Of a stretch of DNA of 41,811 nt, positions 28,907 to 37,767 are shown piece after piece. The translations under genes were made by a program, and so were the position numbers. This DNA comes from Clostridia bacterium (GTDB taxonomy: Bacteria; Bacillota; Clostridia; Oscillospirales; CAG-382), in the NCBI GenBank assembly GCA_017549405.1, contig JAFYUY010000090.1:1-41811 (forward strand), in the 5' to 3' direction. Below the pieces are notes generated by a model. It was not told the DNA's origin. It saw only the letters and a list, made by a program, of their open reading frames with translations, and searched no databases. The number at the start of each line of letters is the position of its first letter. Positions within the stretch are counted from its first letter, which is position 1.

Positions 28907-30646
28907 ATGGCAGTTCAGATACCGCGCAATGAATATCCCCGCCCTCAGCTTGTCCGCGAAAACTGGATAAATCTAAACGGAGAATGGCAGTTTGAGATCG
29001 ACGATTCCTGCTCCGGCAAACAGCGCGAATACAACAAAAAGTCCTTTGACGGCAAGATAACAGTACCCTTCTGCCCCGAAAGCAAGCTTTCGGGAATTGG
29101 ACACACCGATTTTATGAATTGCGTGTGGTACCGCAAAAACATTGAAATTCCCGCAGACTGGAGCGGAAAACGGGTAATTCTTCATTTCGGTGCGGTCGAT
29201 TATAAAGCAACCGTATATGTAAACGGCAAATTTGCCACAGAACATTGCGGAGGATATACCCCCTTCTGTGCCGACATTACCGACCTTTTGCAGGAAAGCG
29301 GCAACTACATTACCCTTTGTGCAGAAGATTCTGTCAGAATCGGAAAGCAGCCCTCGGGCAAGCAAAGCCACAGATATGAATCTTTCGGTTGCTTTTATAC
29401 CCGTACCACGGGCATCTGGCAGACTGTATGGATGGAATGCGCCGATGCCTGCCGTGTTGTGGGAACAAAATTCACATCCGATATCGACAGTTCAAAGCTC
29501 CTTGCAGAGATCCACGTTACCGACGAATGCGTAGGTGCAACTCTCAAAATCTCCACAAGCTTTGAAGGAAAAGCAACAGGATGTGCCGAAACAAAGATAT
29601 TCTCTGCGCAGCCTTTCCTTTGCGTTGACCTTTCCGAGCTTCACCTTTGGGATGTGGGATGCGGAAACCTTTACGATGCCGAGATCATCATAGAAAAGGA
29701 CGGCAAAGTGCTTGACAAGGTTCAGAGCTACTTCGGTATGCGCTCGGTTGCGCTTCACAAAAAGGCATTTATGATCAACGGCAGAAAAGTTTTCGGCAGA
29801 TGGGTGCTCGACCAGGGATTTTATCCCGATGGCATCTACACCGCTCCCTCCGACGAAGCTCTGAAGAACGATATTATATATTCCATGCAGCTCGGATTTA
29901 ACGGGGCAAGACTCCACGAAAAGGTATTTGAACCGCGCTTCCTCTACTGGGCAGACAAGCTCGGCTACCTCGTGTGGGGCGAGCACGCAAACTGGGGACT
30001 TGATGTGAGCGATGCGGGTGCTGTGGTAAACTTTTTACCCGAATGGCTCGAAGCGGTCGAGCGTGACTATTCCCACCCCTCCATCATCGGCTGGTGCCCC
30101 TTTAACGAAACATGGGATGCACCGAACGGTGCTCATCAGTGCAACGAAGTACTTTCCACCGTGTTCAAAGCCACAAAGGCTTATGACAAGACACGTCCCT
30201 GCATTGATGTTAGCGGAAACTATCACGTTATCACCGACATTTTTGACGTGCATGATTATGAGCAGGACCCCGAAAAGTTTGTTACATATTATAAAGATGC
30301 CAAAAACCTGGTGGTTATGGATGCGATAAAACGCCGCGAGCCCAACCGCCAGATATACCGCGGAGAACCTCTTTTCATGAGCGAATACGGCGGAATCCGC
30401 CTGAGCGAAGGTGAAGCCGGCTGGGGTTACGGAAACGCACCCAAGAATGTGGAAGAATTCATTGACCGTTATAAGAAGCTTACAGACATTCTGCTTGATA
30501 ACGAATGCTTCCTCGGCTTCTGCTACACTCAGCTTTACGATGTGGAGCAGGAAGTGAACGGGCTTATGACCTATGAAAGAAAATTCAAGCTCGATCCCAA
30601 GATCTTCTATGATATAAACACCCGCAAGGCGGCAATAGAGGACTGA
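28907..30646 (+). CDS. Glycoside hydrolase family 2 enzyme (beta-galactosidase/beta-glucuronidase-like)
   Basis: The GH2 N-terminal sugar-binding pattern is present (YPRPQLVRENWINLNGEWQFE, WYRKNIEIPADWSGKRVILHFGAVDYKATVYVNG, GGYTPFCADITD). The TIM barrel carries NETW (acid/base) and SEYGG (nucleophile). Confidence 0.85.
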   Translation: MAVQIPRNEYPRPQLVRENWINLNGEWQFEIDDSCSGKQREYNKKSFDGKITVPFCPESKLSGIGHTDFMNCVWYRKNIEIPADWSGKRVILHFGAVDYKATVYVNGKFATEHCGGYTPFCADITDLLQESGNYITLCAEDSVRIGKQPSGKQSHRYESFGCFYTRTTGIWQTVWMECADACRVVGTKFTSDIDSSKLLAEIHVTDECVGATLKISTSFEGKATGCAETKIFSAQPFLCVDLSELHLWDVGCGNLYDAEIIIEKDGKVLDKVQSYFGMRSVALHKKAFMINGRKVFGRWVLDQGFYPDGIYTAPSDEALKNDIIYSMQLGFNGARLHEKVFEPRFLYWADKLGYLVWGEHANWGLDVSDAGAVVNFLPEWLEAVERDYSHPSIIGWCPFNETWDAPNGAHQCNEVLSTVFKATKAYDKTRPCIDVSGNYHVITDIFDVHDYEQDPEKFVTYYKDAKNLVVMDAIKRREPNRQIYRGEPLFMSEYGGIRLSEGEAGWGYGNAPKNVEEFIDRYKKLTDILLDNECFLGFCYTQLYDVEQEVNGLMTYERKFKLDPKIFYDINTRKAAIED

Positions 30647-30750
30647 AACGGAGTTACTACGGCAAAAAACTCCGATGGTTCGTACGAACAAAGAAATTTT
30701 AAAAACAGATAAAAAGGTCAGCGTTATTAAAATCAATAATAAAACTGCGT

Positions 30751-30781
30751 AACAAAAGGCGGATTCCGTTTGGAATCCGCC
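30751..30781 (-). terminator. Rho-independent terminator of htrA
   Basis: GGCGGATTCC/GGAATCCGCC 10-bp stem with loop GTTT. On the minus strand TTTTGTT follows. Confidence 0.8.
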
Positions 30782-30800
30782 TAACTATTTATATTGCCCT

Positions 30801-32354
30801 TTACTCTGTCTGCATATCAAGCTTGAATGTTATATCAAGCTCTCCTTCACCATCGCGGTACACAGTGATTGTAACCTCATCTCCGGGGTTGAATTTGGTT
30901 TTTTGAGAATTCAGTTCGTCCATTGTCTGCACTTTTTTGCCGTTGAACTTTACGATGATATCTCCGCGGCGAAGTCCCGCACCCGCTGCAGCACCATTTT
31001 TATTTATCTGTATAACGAGCACTCCGCGGGGGATCCCGTAATACTTTGCCTCGTCCTCGGTGATGTCGGAGCCCTGTATGCCAATGGAAGCCTTGCCTGT
31101 AACAAGTCCGTCGCTTCTGTCGGATACCTTGCCGTCGGTTATGAGCTGGTTCATTATCTTGATGGCACCGTTGATGGGTATTGCAAAACCGATGCCTTCA
31201 TATTCTGCAGTAAGCTTCAACGTGTTGATGCCTATTACCTGACCGTAGCGGTTGATAAGGGGACCGCCGGAATTTCCGGGGTTTATGGTGGCGTTGGTCT
31301 GGATAAGATTCATAGTCTTTACCACTCTTCCGTAGCCGTCTGTTATATCTATCTTGCGGTTTACGGCAGAAATTATACCGTCGGTAAATGTGCCTGCAAG
31401 CTTTATCTGGGCAGGAGTGCCGATAGCAACCGCAAGATCTCCGACACGCAGATCATCGGAATTTCCGCGCTCCATGACCGGAAGACCCGTAGCTTCGATC
31501 TTCACAACAGCAATGTCGGTTATTGCATCCGCTCCGATAAGCTTTGCTTCATGCTCGGTGCCGTCGTTAAGGACAACAGTTATGGAAGTTGCACCATCTA
31601 TAACGTGATTATTTGTGGCAATGTATCCGTCCTCGGAAAGAATAAATCCCGAACCAACCCCCTTTGTGGTGTATGTCATGCCAAAATAAGAGGGAACTGT
31701 GGCTTCAACCATTATACCCACAGCGCTGGGTGTGCATTTTTCGGCTATCTGATTGAGGGTAAGCGCTTTTTTGTCGCCCGCCACGCTAACGACTTCTTCC
31801 ACTTCGTCATCGGTGTTTTCGCTCTGTGAGGGAATATCCATATGAAATACTTCCTCGGGAATTCCGTCATCGGAATCAAAGGCACCCAGCTTTTCGGCTA
31901 TCATAAATCCGGTAAAAGCCATAAATGAAAGGGTAAATGCCGCGGCAATTATGAGCGCCCACACGCGCAAAGCTCCGGCTCGCTTTTTGGGTGGCTGTGC
32001 GGCATAATCGCAAGTATATGCGCCCGTGCCCTTTTCGGCATTGTAAATGAGTTCAGCCGCAGGCTCCTGCTCGGGATAAGAGCTCTTCATCTGATTCTTG
32101 CCCGGGTTTACAAAGAAATTCTGCTCGTCGCGGAATGAATATTCCTCGGGAGCATTTTTTCCGCAAGGTTCTGTTTCCGCAGTATCACGGTTTTGTTCTT
32201 CGATAGCTTTCATTACTTCGTCCATGTTTTCGGCATCTACCTCAAGGGACTTTGCGTCAGACGGATCTGCGCCCTGATGTTCATTATTTTCAAGACTGTT
32301 ACGAAGCTCTTCTTCGAAAACATTATCTTCGTTGTTTCTTCTGTTTTCTTCCAT
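30801..32354 (-). CDS. htrA: HtrA/DegP-family serine protease with a PDZ domain
   Basis: An acidic N-terminal region and a TM segment (VWALIIAAAFTLSFMAFTGFMIA) are present. Trypsin-like triad context: ATNNHVIDGA, D in AITDIAVVKI, GNSGGPLIN. The C-terminal PDZ segment reads GLRRGDIIVKFNGKKV. Confidence 0.9.
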   Translation of the reverse strand: MEENRRNNEDNVFEEELRNSLENNEHQGADPSDAKSLEVDAENMDEVMKAIEEQNRDTAETEPCGKNAPEEYSFRDEQNFFVNPGKNQMKSSYPEQEPAAELIYNAEKGTGAYTCDYAAQPPKKRAGALRVWALIIAAAFTLSFMAFTGFMIAEKLGAFDSDDGIPEEVFHMDIPSQSENTDDEVEEVVSVAGDKKALTLNQIAEKCTPSAVGIMVEATVPSYFGMTYTTKGVGSGFILSEDGYIATNNHVIDGATSITVVLNDGTEHEAKLIGADAITDIAVVKIEATGLPVMERGNSDDLRVGDLAVAIGTPAQIKLAGTFTDGIISAVNRKIDITDGYGRVVKTMNLIQTNATINPGNSGGPLINRYGQVIGINTLKLTAEYEGIGFAIPINGAIKIMNQLITDGKVSDRSDGLVTGKASIGIQGSDITEDEAKYYGIPRGVLVIQINKNGAAAGAGLRRGDIIVKFNGKKVQTMDELNSQKTKFNPGDEVTITVYRDGEGELDITFKLDMQTE

Positions 32355-32468
32355 AATATATACCTCCGTGTGTTTATAAAACGCAATGAGTTTGAGTTTT
32401 CTTCATGTTATGGCTTTATTATAAAGCTTTATTTTGTAAAATCCATGATATCTTTGTGATGATTTTGT

Positions 32469-32483
32469 GATTTTTTGAAATTT
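32469..32483. promoter_or_regulatory. Weak CodY-box-like motif upstream of the ilvE leader promoter
   Basis: GATTTTTTGAAATTT matches AATTTTCWGAAAATT at 12 of 15 positions. It lies 34 bp upstream of the -35. Confidence 0.3.
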
Positions 32484-32516
32484 ATCGTAAAATCAAAAAA
32501 AATCTCCGCATAACCC

Positions 32517-32545
32517 TTGACAAATCGCATTTTGGGTGGTATAAT
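32517..32545 (+). promoter_or_regulatory. Consensus sigma-A promoter
   Basis: TTGACA (32517-32522), an exact 17-nt spacer, then TGgTATAAT (-10 at 32540-32545 with an extended TG). Both hexamers are perfect. Confidence 0.8.
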
Positions 32546-32576
32546 ATTCGACATATTGATAAAGGGAGTATTACAC

Positions 32577-32693
32577 ATGTTAGCCTCAGCAGTTAATTTC
32601 GGTATAATTTGCATCGGCTTTATTATCGCTATTATTATTGCGCTTGCAGTCATTATAAGCAGCAATCAGTGTAGCGCTATTTGTCGTGCATAA
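32577..32693 (+). CDS. Small ORF of 38 codons encoding an Ile-rich hydrophobic peptide; candidate ilvE leader peptide
   Basis: Absent from the ORF track because it is under 60 aa. GGGAG lies 8 nt upstream of the ATG. Translation: MLASAVNFGIICIGFIIAIIIALAVIISSNQCSAICRA. Eleven of 38 codons are Ile. It sits about 25 nt downstream of the predicted start site of the consensus promoter. Confidence 0.45.
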   Translation: MLASAVNFGIICIGFIIAIIIALAVIISSNQCSAICRA

Positions 32694-32742
32694 AACCTGA
32701 AATTGCTATTGGGTGCTCCTTTAAAGTATCTAAGTAATTTTT

Positions 32743-32780
32743 AAGGCTTGCGGCATTTAGCTGCAAGCCTTTTGTTAATT
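32743..32780 (+). terminator. Intrinsic terminator or attenuator immediately upstream of the ilvE RBS
   Basis: 12-bp stem AAGGCTTGCGGC/GCTGCAAGCCTT including one G-U pair, with loop ATTTA, followed by TTTGTTAATTT. The ilvE GGAGG RBS begins at 32782. Confidence 0.7.
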
Positions 32781-32794
32781 TCGGAGGAAAGAAA

Positions 32795-33865
32795 ATGCTT
32801 GATATCAGTATCACAAAAACAACTTCTCCCAAGGCAAAGCCTGCGGATGAAACAAAACTCGGTTTCGGAAAAATATTCACCGACCACATGTTTATCATGA
32901 ACTATACCGAGGGAAAGGGCTGGCACGATGCCCGCATCGTACCCTATGCCCCCATCAGCCTTGAACCCTCCGCAATGGTATTCCATTACGGTCAGGAAAT
33001 GTTTGAAGGTCTTAAGGCTTACCGCGGCAAGGACGGAAAATCCCGTCTGTTCCGCCCTGACATGAACGCAAAGAGAGCGAACGAATCCAACAAGCGCCTT
33101 TGCATTCCCGAAATTCCCGAAGAGGATTTCGTTCAGGCAATAAAAGCACTTGTTAAAGTTGACGAGGACTGGATCCCCTCGGCTGAAGGAACATCCCTTT
33201 ACATTCGTCCCTTTGTTATTGCAACGGATGAGTTCCTCGGTGTTGCTCCTTCCAAAACCTATCTGTTCATTATAATTCTCGCTCCCAGCGGAGCATATTA
33301 CGCATCCGGTCTTGCTCCCGTTGGTATCTGGATCGAGGACGAATATGTGCGCGCGGTAAAGGGCGGTATCGGCTATGCCAAGACCGGCGGAAACTACGCT
33401 GCAAGCCTTAAGGCTCAGGTAAAGGCTCACGACGACGGATATTCCCAGGTTCTGTGGCTTGACGGTGTTGAGAGAAAATACATCGAAGAAGTAGGTGCCA
33501 TGAACATCTTCTTCAAAATAGACGGAAAGATCGTGACCCCCATGCTCAACGGCAGCATCCTTCCCGGCATCACCCGTAACTCTGTTATCCACCTTTGCAA
33601 GTCCTGGGGACTTGAAGTGGAAGAACGCCGCATTTCCGTGGATGAGCTTATTGAAGCCCAGAAGAGCGGAAAGCTTGAGGAATGCTTCGGTACAGGTACT
33701 GCAGCTGTTATCTCTCCCGTCGGCAAGCTCCGTTACAAGGATGATGTTATGACCATCGGTGACGGCGGCATCGGCAAGACAAGCCAGATGATATATGACA
33801 CCGTAACGGGCATTCAGTGGGGTACCGCCGAAGACAAGTTCGGTTGGTCACTCGTTATTGAATAA
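32795..33865 (+). CDS. ilvE: Branched-chain amino acid aminotransferase
   Basis: Class IV aminotransferase features of long-form BCAT are present: FTDHMF, FHYGQEMFEGLKAYR, RPDMNAKR, AKTGGNYAASL, GITR, GTAAVISPV. Confidence 0.95.
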   Translation: MLDISITKTTSPKAKPADETKLGFGKIFTDHMFIMNYTEGKGWHDARIVPYAPISLEPSAMVFHYGQEMFEGLKAYRGKDGKSRLFRPDMNAKRANESNKRLCIPEIPEEDFVQAIKALVKVDEDWIPSAEGTSLYIRPFVIATDEFLGVAPSKTYLFIIILAPSGAYYASGLAPVGIWIEDEYVRAVKGGIGYAKTGGNYAASLKAQVKAHDDGYSQVLWLDGVERKYIEEVGAMNIFFKIDGKIVTPMLNGSILPGITRNSVIHLCKSWGLEVEERRISVDELIEAQKSGKLEECFGTGTAAVISPVGKLRYKDDVMTIGDGGIGKTSQMIYDTVTGIQWGTAEDKFGWSLVIE

Positions 33866-34533
33866 TGAAACGCATAACAATATTCGCAGGTCATTACGGA
33901 AGCGGAAAAACCAACGTTGCCGTAAACTATGCCCTTTCATTGGCGGACAGTGGACTTCGCGTTTCCCTTTCCGACCTTGACATCGTAAACCCGTATTTCC
34001 GCTCCAAAGACAGCGAAAAGATACTTTCCGATGCGGGCATACGCTTTATATCCTCGGAGTACGCAAACTCCAATGTGGACGTTCCCGCGCTGCCGCCCGA
34101 GGCATATGCCGTGACCGCAGATAAAGAAAGCTTTGCCGTGGTAGACGTTGGCGGAGATGACAGAGGTGCGCTTGCTCTTGGGCGTTATGTGCCTTCGATC
34201 ATTGAAGAAAACAACTACGAAATGCTTTTTGTGGTAAACAAGTTCCGCCCGTTAACAAAAGATGCGGCGGGCGCACTTGAAGTAATGCGCGAGATAGAAT
34301 ATGCCGCAAAGCTTAACTTTACAGGCATAGTAAACAACTCCAATATCGGTGATGAGACAACGGTTCAGGATATTTTGTCATCGGTCTCTTATGCCGAGGA
34401 GATATCCCGCATTACAGGTCTTCCGGTGAAGATGACTTCCGTTCATTATTCGCTGGAAAAGGAGCTTTTGGGAAAGATACCCGATATTTTCCCCATAAAG
34501 CTTTATATACGTCAGACCTGGAAAGATAAATAA
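33865..34533 (+). CDS. P-loop NTPase of the MinD/ParA/Mrp-like superfamily, function unknown
   Basis: N-terminal Walker A MKRITIFAGHYGSGKTNVAVNYAL. A Walker B-like segment FAVVDVGGDD is present. A TAATG overlap couples it to the ilvE stop. The protein contains no cysteine. Confidence 0.7.
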   Translation: MKRITIFAGHYGSGKTNVAVNYALSLADSGLRVSLSDLDIVNPYFRSKDSEKILSDAGIRFISSEYANSNVDVPALPPEAYAVTADKESFAVVDVGGDDRGALALGRYVPSIIEENNYEMLFVVNKFRPLTKDAAGALEVMREIEYAAKLNFTGIVNNSNIGDETTVQDILSSVSYAEEISRITGLPVKMTSVHYSLEKELLGKIPDIFPIKLYIRQTWKDK

Positions 34534-34571
34534 TTCCAACCATCGTAAAAAACAGAAAGGACCATAAAACT

Positions 34572-34775
34572 ATGGCAAAAGTCACATTCAAAGAGGACCT
34601 TTGCAAAGGCTGCGGTCTTTGCGTGGGTGCCTGCCCTAAAAAAATTGTAAAACTTAAAACAGAGATCAACGCAAAGGGTTATAACCCCGCTACCGTTGAA
34701 GACCAGTCTGCCTGCATCGGCTGCGCTTTCTGCGCCACCATGTGTCCCGACTGCGTAATTACTGTCGAAAAATAA
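34572..34775 (+). CDS. 2-oxoacid:ferredoxin oxidoreductase delta subunit (2x[4Fe-4S] ferredoxin)
   Basis: Two CxxCxxCxxxCP motifs are present: CKGCGLCVGACP and CIGCAFCATMCP. Confidence 0.85.
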   Translation: MAKVTFKEDLCKGCGLCVGACPKKIVKLKTEINAKGYNPATVEDQSACIGCAFCATMCPDCVITVEK

Positions 34776-34791
34776 CAGGAGGAACATAAAA

Positions 34792-35859
34792 ATGTCAGAT
34801 AAAGTCCTGATGAAGGGCAACGAAGCCCTTGCAGAAGCTGCCATCATGGCAGGCTGCCGACACTATTTCGGCTACCCCATCACTCCTCAGACCGAGGTTG
34901 CGGCATACATGGCAAAAAGAATGCCCAAAATAGACGGTGTTTTTCTCCAGGCAGAAAGTGAGATTGCCGCAATAAACATGGTTATAGGCGTTGCCGCAAC
35001 AGGCAAGCGTGTTATGACCTCCAGCTCTTCTCCCGGAATCTCCCTCAAGAGTGAAGGTGTTTCCTTCCTCGCGGGCTGTGATCTTCCCGCTCTTATTGTA
35101 AACGTTCAGCGCGGAGGCCCCGGTCTTGGCGGTATCCAGCCCTCCCAGGCGGATTATTTCCAGGCAACACGCGGCATGGGTCACGGAGATTTCCACCTTC
35201 TCGTTCTTGCACCCGCTTCCGTTCAGGAAATGGTAAACCTTGTGTTTAAGGGATTTGATCTTGCGGAAAAATACAGAATGCCCGCTATGATACTTTCCGA
35301 CGGAACCATGGGTCAGATGATGGAGCCTGTAAGCCTTGATGCTCTTGAAGTAAACGAGCATGACAAATCATGGGCACTCACCGGCACAAAGTGCGAAAGA
35401 AAACCCAATATTGTAAACTCCCTTTGCCTTAAGGCTGAAGAACTTGAATATCTCAATGTGGAACGCTACAAGCGTTATAAGATGGTTGAAGAAAACGAAG
35501 TTATGTACGAAGAATACCGCATGGAAGATGCAGAGATCTGCATCGTGGCATTCGGTGTTGCGGCACGTGTTTCTCAGAATGCCATCGACAAAGCTCGTGA
35601 GCAGGGCATAAAAGTCGGCATGATTCGCCCCATCACCCTGTGGCCCTTCCCCAAGAAAGTTCTTCGTGAAGCGGCTGAAAAGGTTCGCGCATTTGTTTCC
35701 GTGGAACTTTCCATGGGTCAGATGATCGAAGATATTGAGCTTGCAACACGCTGCAAAAAACCCGTATTGCTTTGCTCCAGAGTTGGCGGCATGATCCCCT
35801 CCACCGAGGACGTTCTTGCCAAGATCAACGAAGCAAATTCCATTGGAGGTAACAACTGA
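34792..35859 (+). CDS. 2-oxoacid:ferredoxin oxidoreductase alpha subunit
   Basis: The N-terminus MKGNEALAEAAIMAGCRHYFGYPITPQTEV is typical of POR/KOR/VOR alpha subunits. Confidence 0.9.
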   Translation: MSDKVLMKGNEALAEAAIMAGCRHYFGYPITPQTEVAAYMAKRMPKIDGVFLQAESEIAAINMVIGVAATGKRVMTSSSSPGISLKSEGVSFLAGCDLPALIVNVQRGGPGLGGIQPSQADYFQATRGMGHGDFHLLVLAPASVQEMVNLVFKGFDLAEKYRMPAMILSDGTMGQMMEPVSLDALEVNEHDKSWALTGTKCERKPNIVNSLCLKAEELEYLNVERYKRYKMVEENEVMYEEYRMEDAEICIVAFGVAARVSQNAIDKAREQGIKVGMIRPITLWPFPKKVLREAAEKVRAFVSVELSMGQMIEDIELATRCKKPVLLCSRVGGMIPSTEDVLAKINEANSIGGNN

Positions 35860-36614
35860 TGACAACGGTATTTTCAAAGCCCGAGGCTCTTACAGATGCA
35901 CCGCTTCACTACTGCCCCGGCTGTACACACGGCATAATCCACAGACTTGTTGCCGAAGCCATTGACGAGCTCGGCGTGCGCGGCAGAACCATCGGTGTTG
36001 CATCTGTCGGATGTTCTGTTTTCACATACAACTACTTCAACTGCGACATGGTTCAGGCGGCTCACGGCCGTGCCCCCGCTGTTGCAACGGGCGTTAAGCG
36101 TTCGGACTCCAACAACATAGTATTTACTTATCAGGGCGACGGTGACCTTGCAGCCATCGGTACTGCCGAAACCGTTCATTCCGCAGCACGCGGTGAAAAC
36201 ATCACCGTCATTTTCGTAAACAACGCGATCTACGGTATGACAGGCGGTCAGATGGCTCCCACCACACTCCCCGGACAGGTAACACAGACCTCTCCCTACG
36301 GACGTGACGTAAACACCGTGGGATTCCCCGTTAAGGTCTGCGAAATGCTCTCAAAGGTTGACGGTGCAACATATCTTGAACGTGTTGCAGTAAATAACGT
36401 TAAAAATGTCCGTGCCGCAAAGGCAGCTATAAAGAAGGCTTTCCAGAACCAGATCGAAGGCAAGGGCTTCTCTCTTGTTGAAGTTCTTTCCACATGTCCC
36501 ACAAACTGGGGTATGACTCCCGATAAGGCTCTTACCTGGCTTGAAGAAAACATGCTTCCTTATTATCCCCTTGGTGTTTATAAGGATAAATATGCGGAAA
36601 GCGAGGTAAAATAA
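35859..36614 (+). CDS. 2-oxoacid:ferredoxin oxidoreductase beta subunit (TPP-binding)
   Basis: CPGCTHG, the TPP motif GDGDLAAIG...NNAIYGMTGGQ, and an ATGA overlap with the alpha subunit gene. Confidence 0.9.
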   Translation: MTTVFSKPEALTDAPLHYCPGCTHGIIHRLVAEAIDELGVRGRTIGVASVGCSVFTYNYFNCDMVQAAHGRAPAVATGVKRSDSNNIVFTYQGDGDLAAIGTAETVHSAARGENITVIFVNNAIYGMTGGQMAPTTLPGQVTQTSPYGRDVNTVGFPVKVCEMLSKVDGATYLERVAVNNVKNVRAAKAAIKKAFQNQIEGKGFSLVEVLSTCPTNWGMTPDKALTWLEENMLPYYPLGVYKDKYAESEVK

Positions 36615-36615
36615 C

Positions 36616-37152
36616 ATGACAAATCAGATCCTTTTTGCCGGTTTTGGCGGTCAGGGTATCCTTTTCTCCGGGAAATTCCTTGCTTATGAAGGTCTTCTTG
36701 CTGACAAGGAAGTAAGCTGGCTTCCCTCTTACGGCCCCGAAATGCGCGGAGGAACCGCAAACTGCAGCGTTATTATCAGCGATACAAAGATCGGTTCTCC
36801 CATTGTAACAGAACCCGATATGCTTATCGCCATGAATCTGCCCTCCCTTGACAAATACGAAAATGACACCGCAAAGGGCGGAAAAATATTTGTGGACAGC
36901 TCCCTTATATCCAAAAAAGTTGAGCGCAACGATGTTGAAGCTTATTACATTCCCGCAACATCCCTTGCATCGGAAAACGAGCTTCCCGGTCTTGCAAACA
37001 TGATAATGCTGGGCTATGTTATCAAGAAAACAGGCATCATGCCCATAGAGAACATTGACCGTGCTCTTGCAAAAGTGGTTTCCGCAAGAAAGCAGAACCT
37101 TCTTGATGCAAACAAAAAAGCTCTGGAGCTTGGCTACAACTACGCCGAATAA
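36616..37152 (+). CDS. 2-oxoacid:ferredoxin oxidoreductase gamma subunit
   Basis: [17 protein letters not shown]...[18 protein letters not shown] is typical of gamma subunits. Confidence 0.9.
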   Translation: MTNQILFAGFGGQGILFSGKFLAYEGLLADKEVSWLPSYGPEMRGGTANCSVIISDTKIGSPIVTEPDMLIAMNLPSLDKYENDTAKGGKIFVDSSLISKKVERNDVEAYYIPATSLASENELPGLANMIMLGYVIKKTGIMPIENIDRALAKVVSARKQNLLDANKKALELGYNYAE

Positions 37153-37182
37153 TTTTAGAATCCCGAACGGAGGAACTTTACG

Positions 37183-37737
37183 ATGAATGATCAGCTTAAA
37201 GATATAGGCATGAGACTCGCATGCATCCGCGAAGACTGTGAAATATCCGACGCGGAGCTTGCCGAAAAGCTGGGTGTGGATCTTGAAACTTACCGCTCTT
37301 ACGAAAAGGGTGAAATAGACTTTTCGTTCAGCTTTGTTTATAACGCCGCTGAAATACTCGGCGTGGATGTGCTTGACATTATCAGCGGCTCCTCTCCCAC
37401 GCTTTCCACCTGCTGTATGGTTAAAAAAGGTCGCGGCTATTCTGTTAAGCGCGAAGAGGATTACGACTATAAGCACCTTGCTTATACCTTCAAAAACAAA
37501 AAATCCGAGCCTTTTCTTGTAACCATAACACCCGAGGAAAAGGCACCTGTACTCCACGGTCACGAAGGTCAGGAGTTCAACTACGTGCTTGAGGGAAAGA
37601 TCACTTTCTACATTGGTGAGATATCCTATGAGCTTGAAGAGGGCGACAGCGTTTATTTTGATTCAAACGTCCCGCACGCCATAAAAACCACCGACAACAA
37701 CCCCGCAAAATTTATCGCAGTGGTTGTTAAGAACTGA
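37183..37737 (+). CDS. XRE-family HTH plus cupin-domain transcriptional regulator
   Basis: The N-terminal HTH_3 segment is IGMRLACIREDCEISDAELAEKLGVDLETYRSYEKGE. The C-terminal cupin reads HGHEGQEFNYVLEGKITFYIG...GDSVYFDSNVPHA. Confidence 0.85.
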   Translation: MNDQLKDIGMRLACIREDCEISDAELAEKLGVDLETYRSYEKGEIDFSFSFVYNAAEILGVDVLDIISGSSPTLSTCCMVKKGRGYSVKREEDYDYKHLAYTFKNKKSEPFLVTITPEEKAPVLHGHEGQEFNYVLEGKITFYIGEISYELEEGDSVYFDSNVPHAIKTTDNNPAKFIAVVVKN

Positions 37738-37767
37738 AAGAATCTACTTGAAAGCAGGTAAAGACCA

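Noticed and set aside
32741-33592. 283-aa minus-strand ORF overlapping ilvE, and the 78-aa ORF at 32429-32665 antisense to the leader ORF
   Set aside because: ilvE on the plus strand is unambiguous. The 78-aa ORF is the mirror of an Ile-codon-rich segment and runs through the consensus plus-strand promoter with no RBS of its own.
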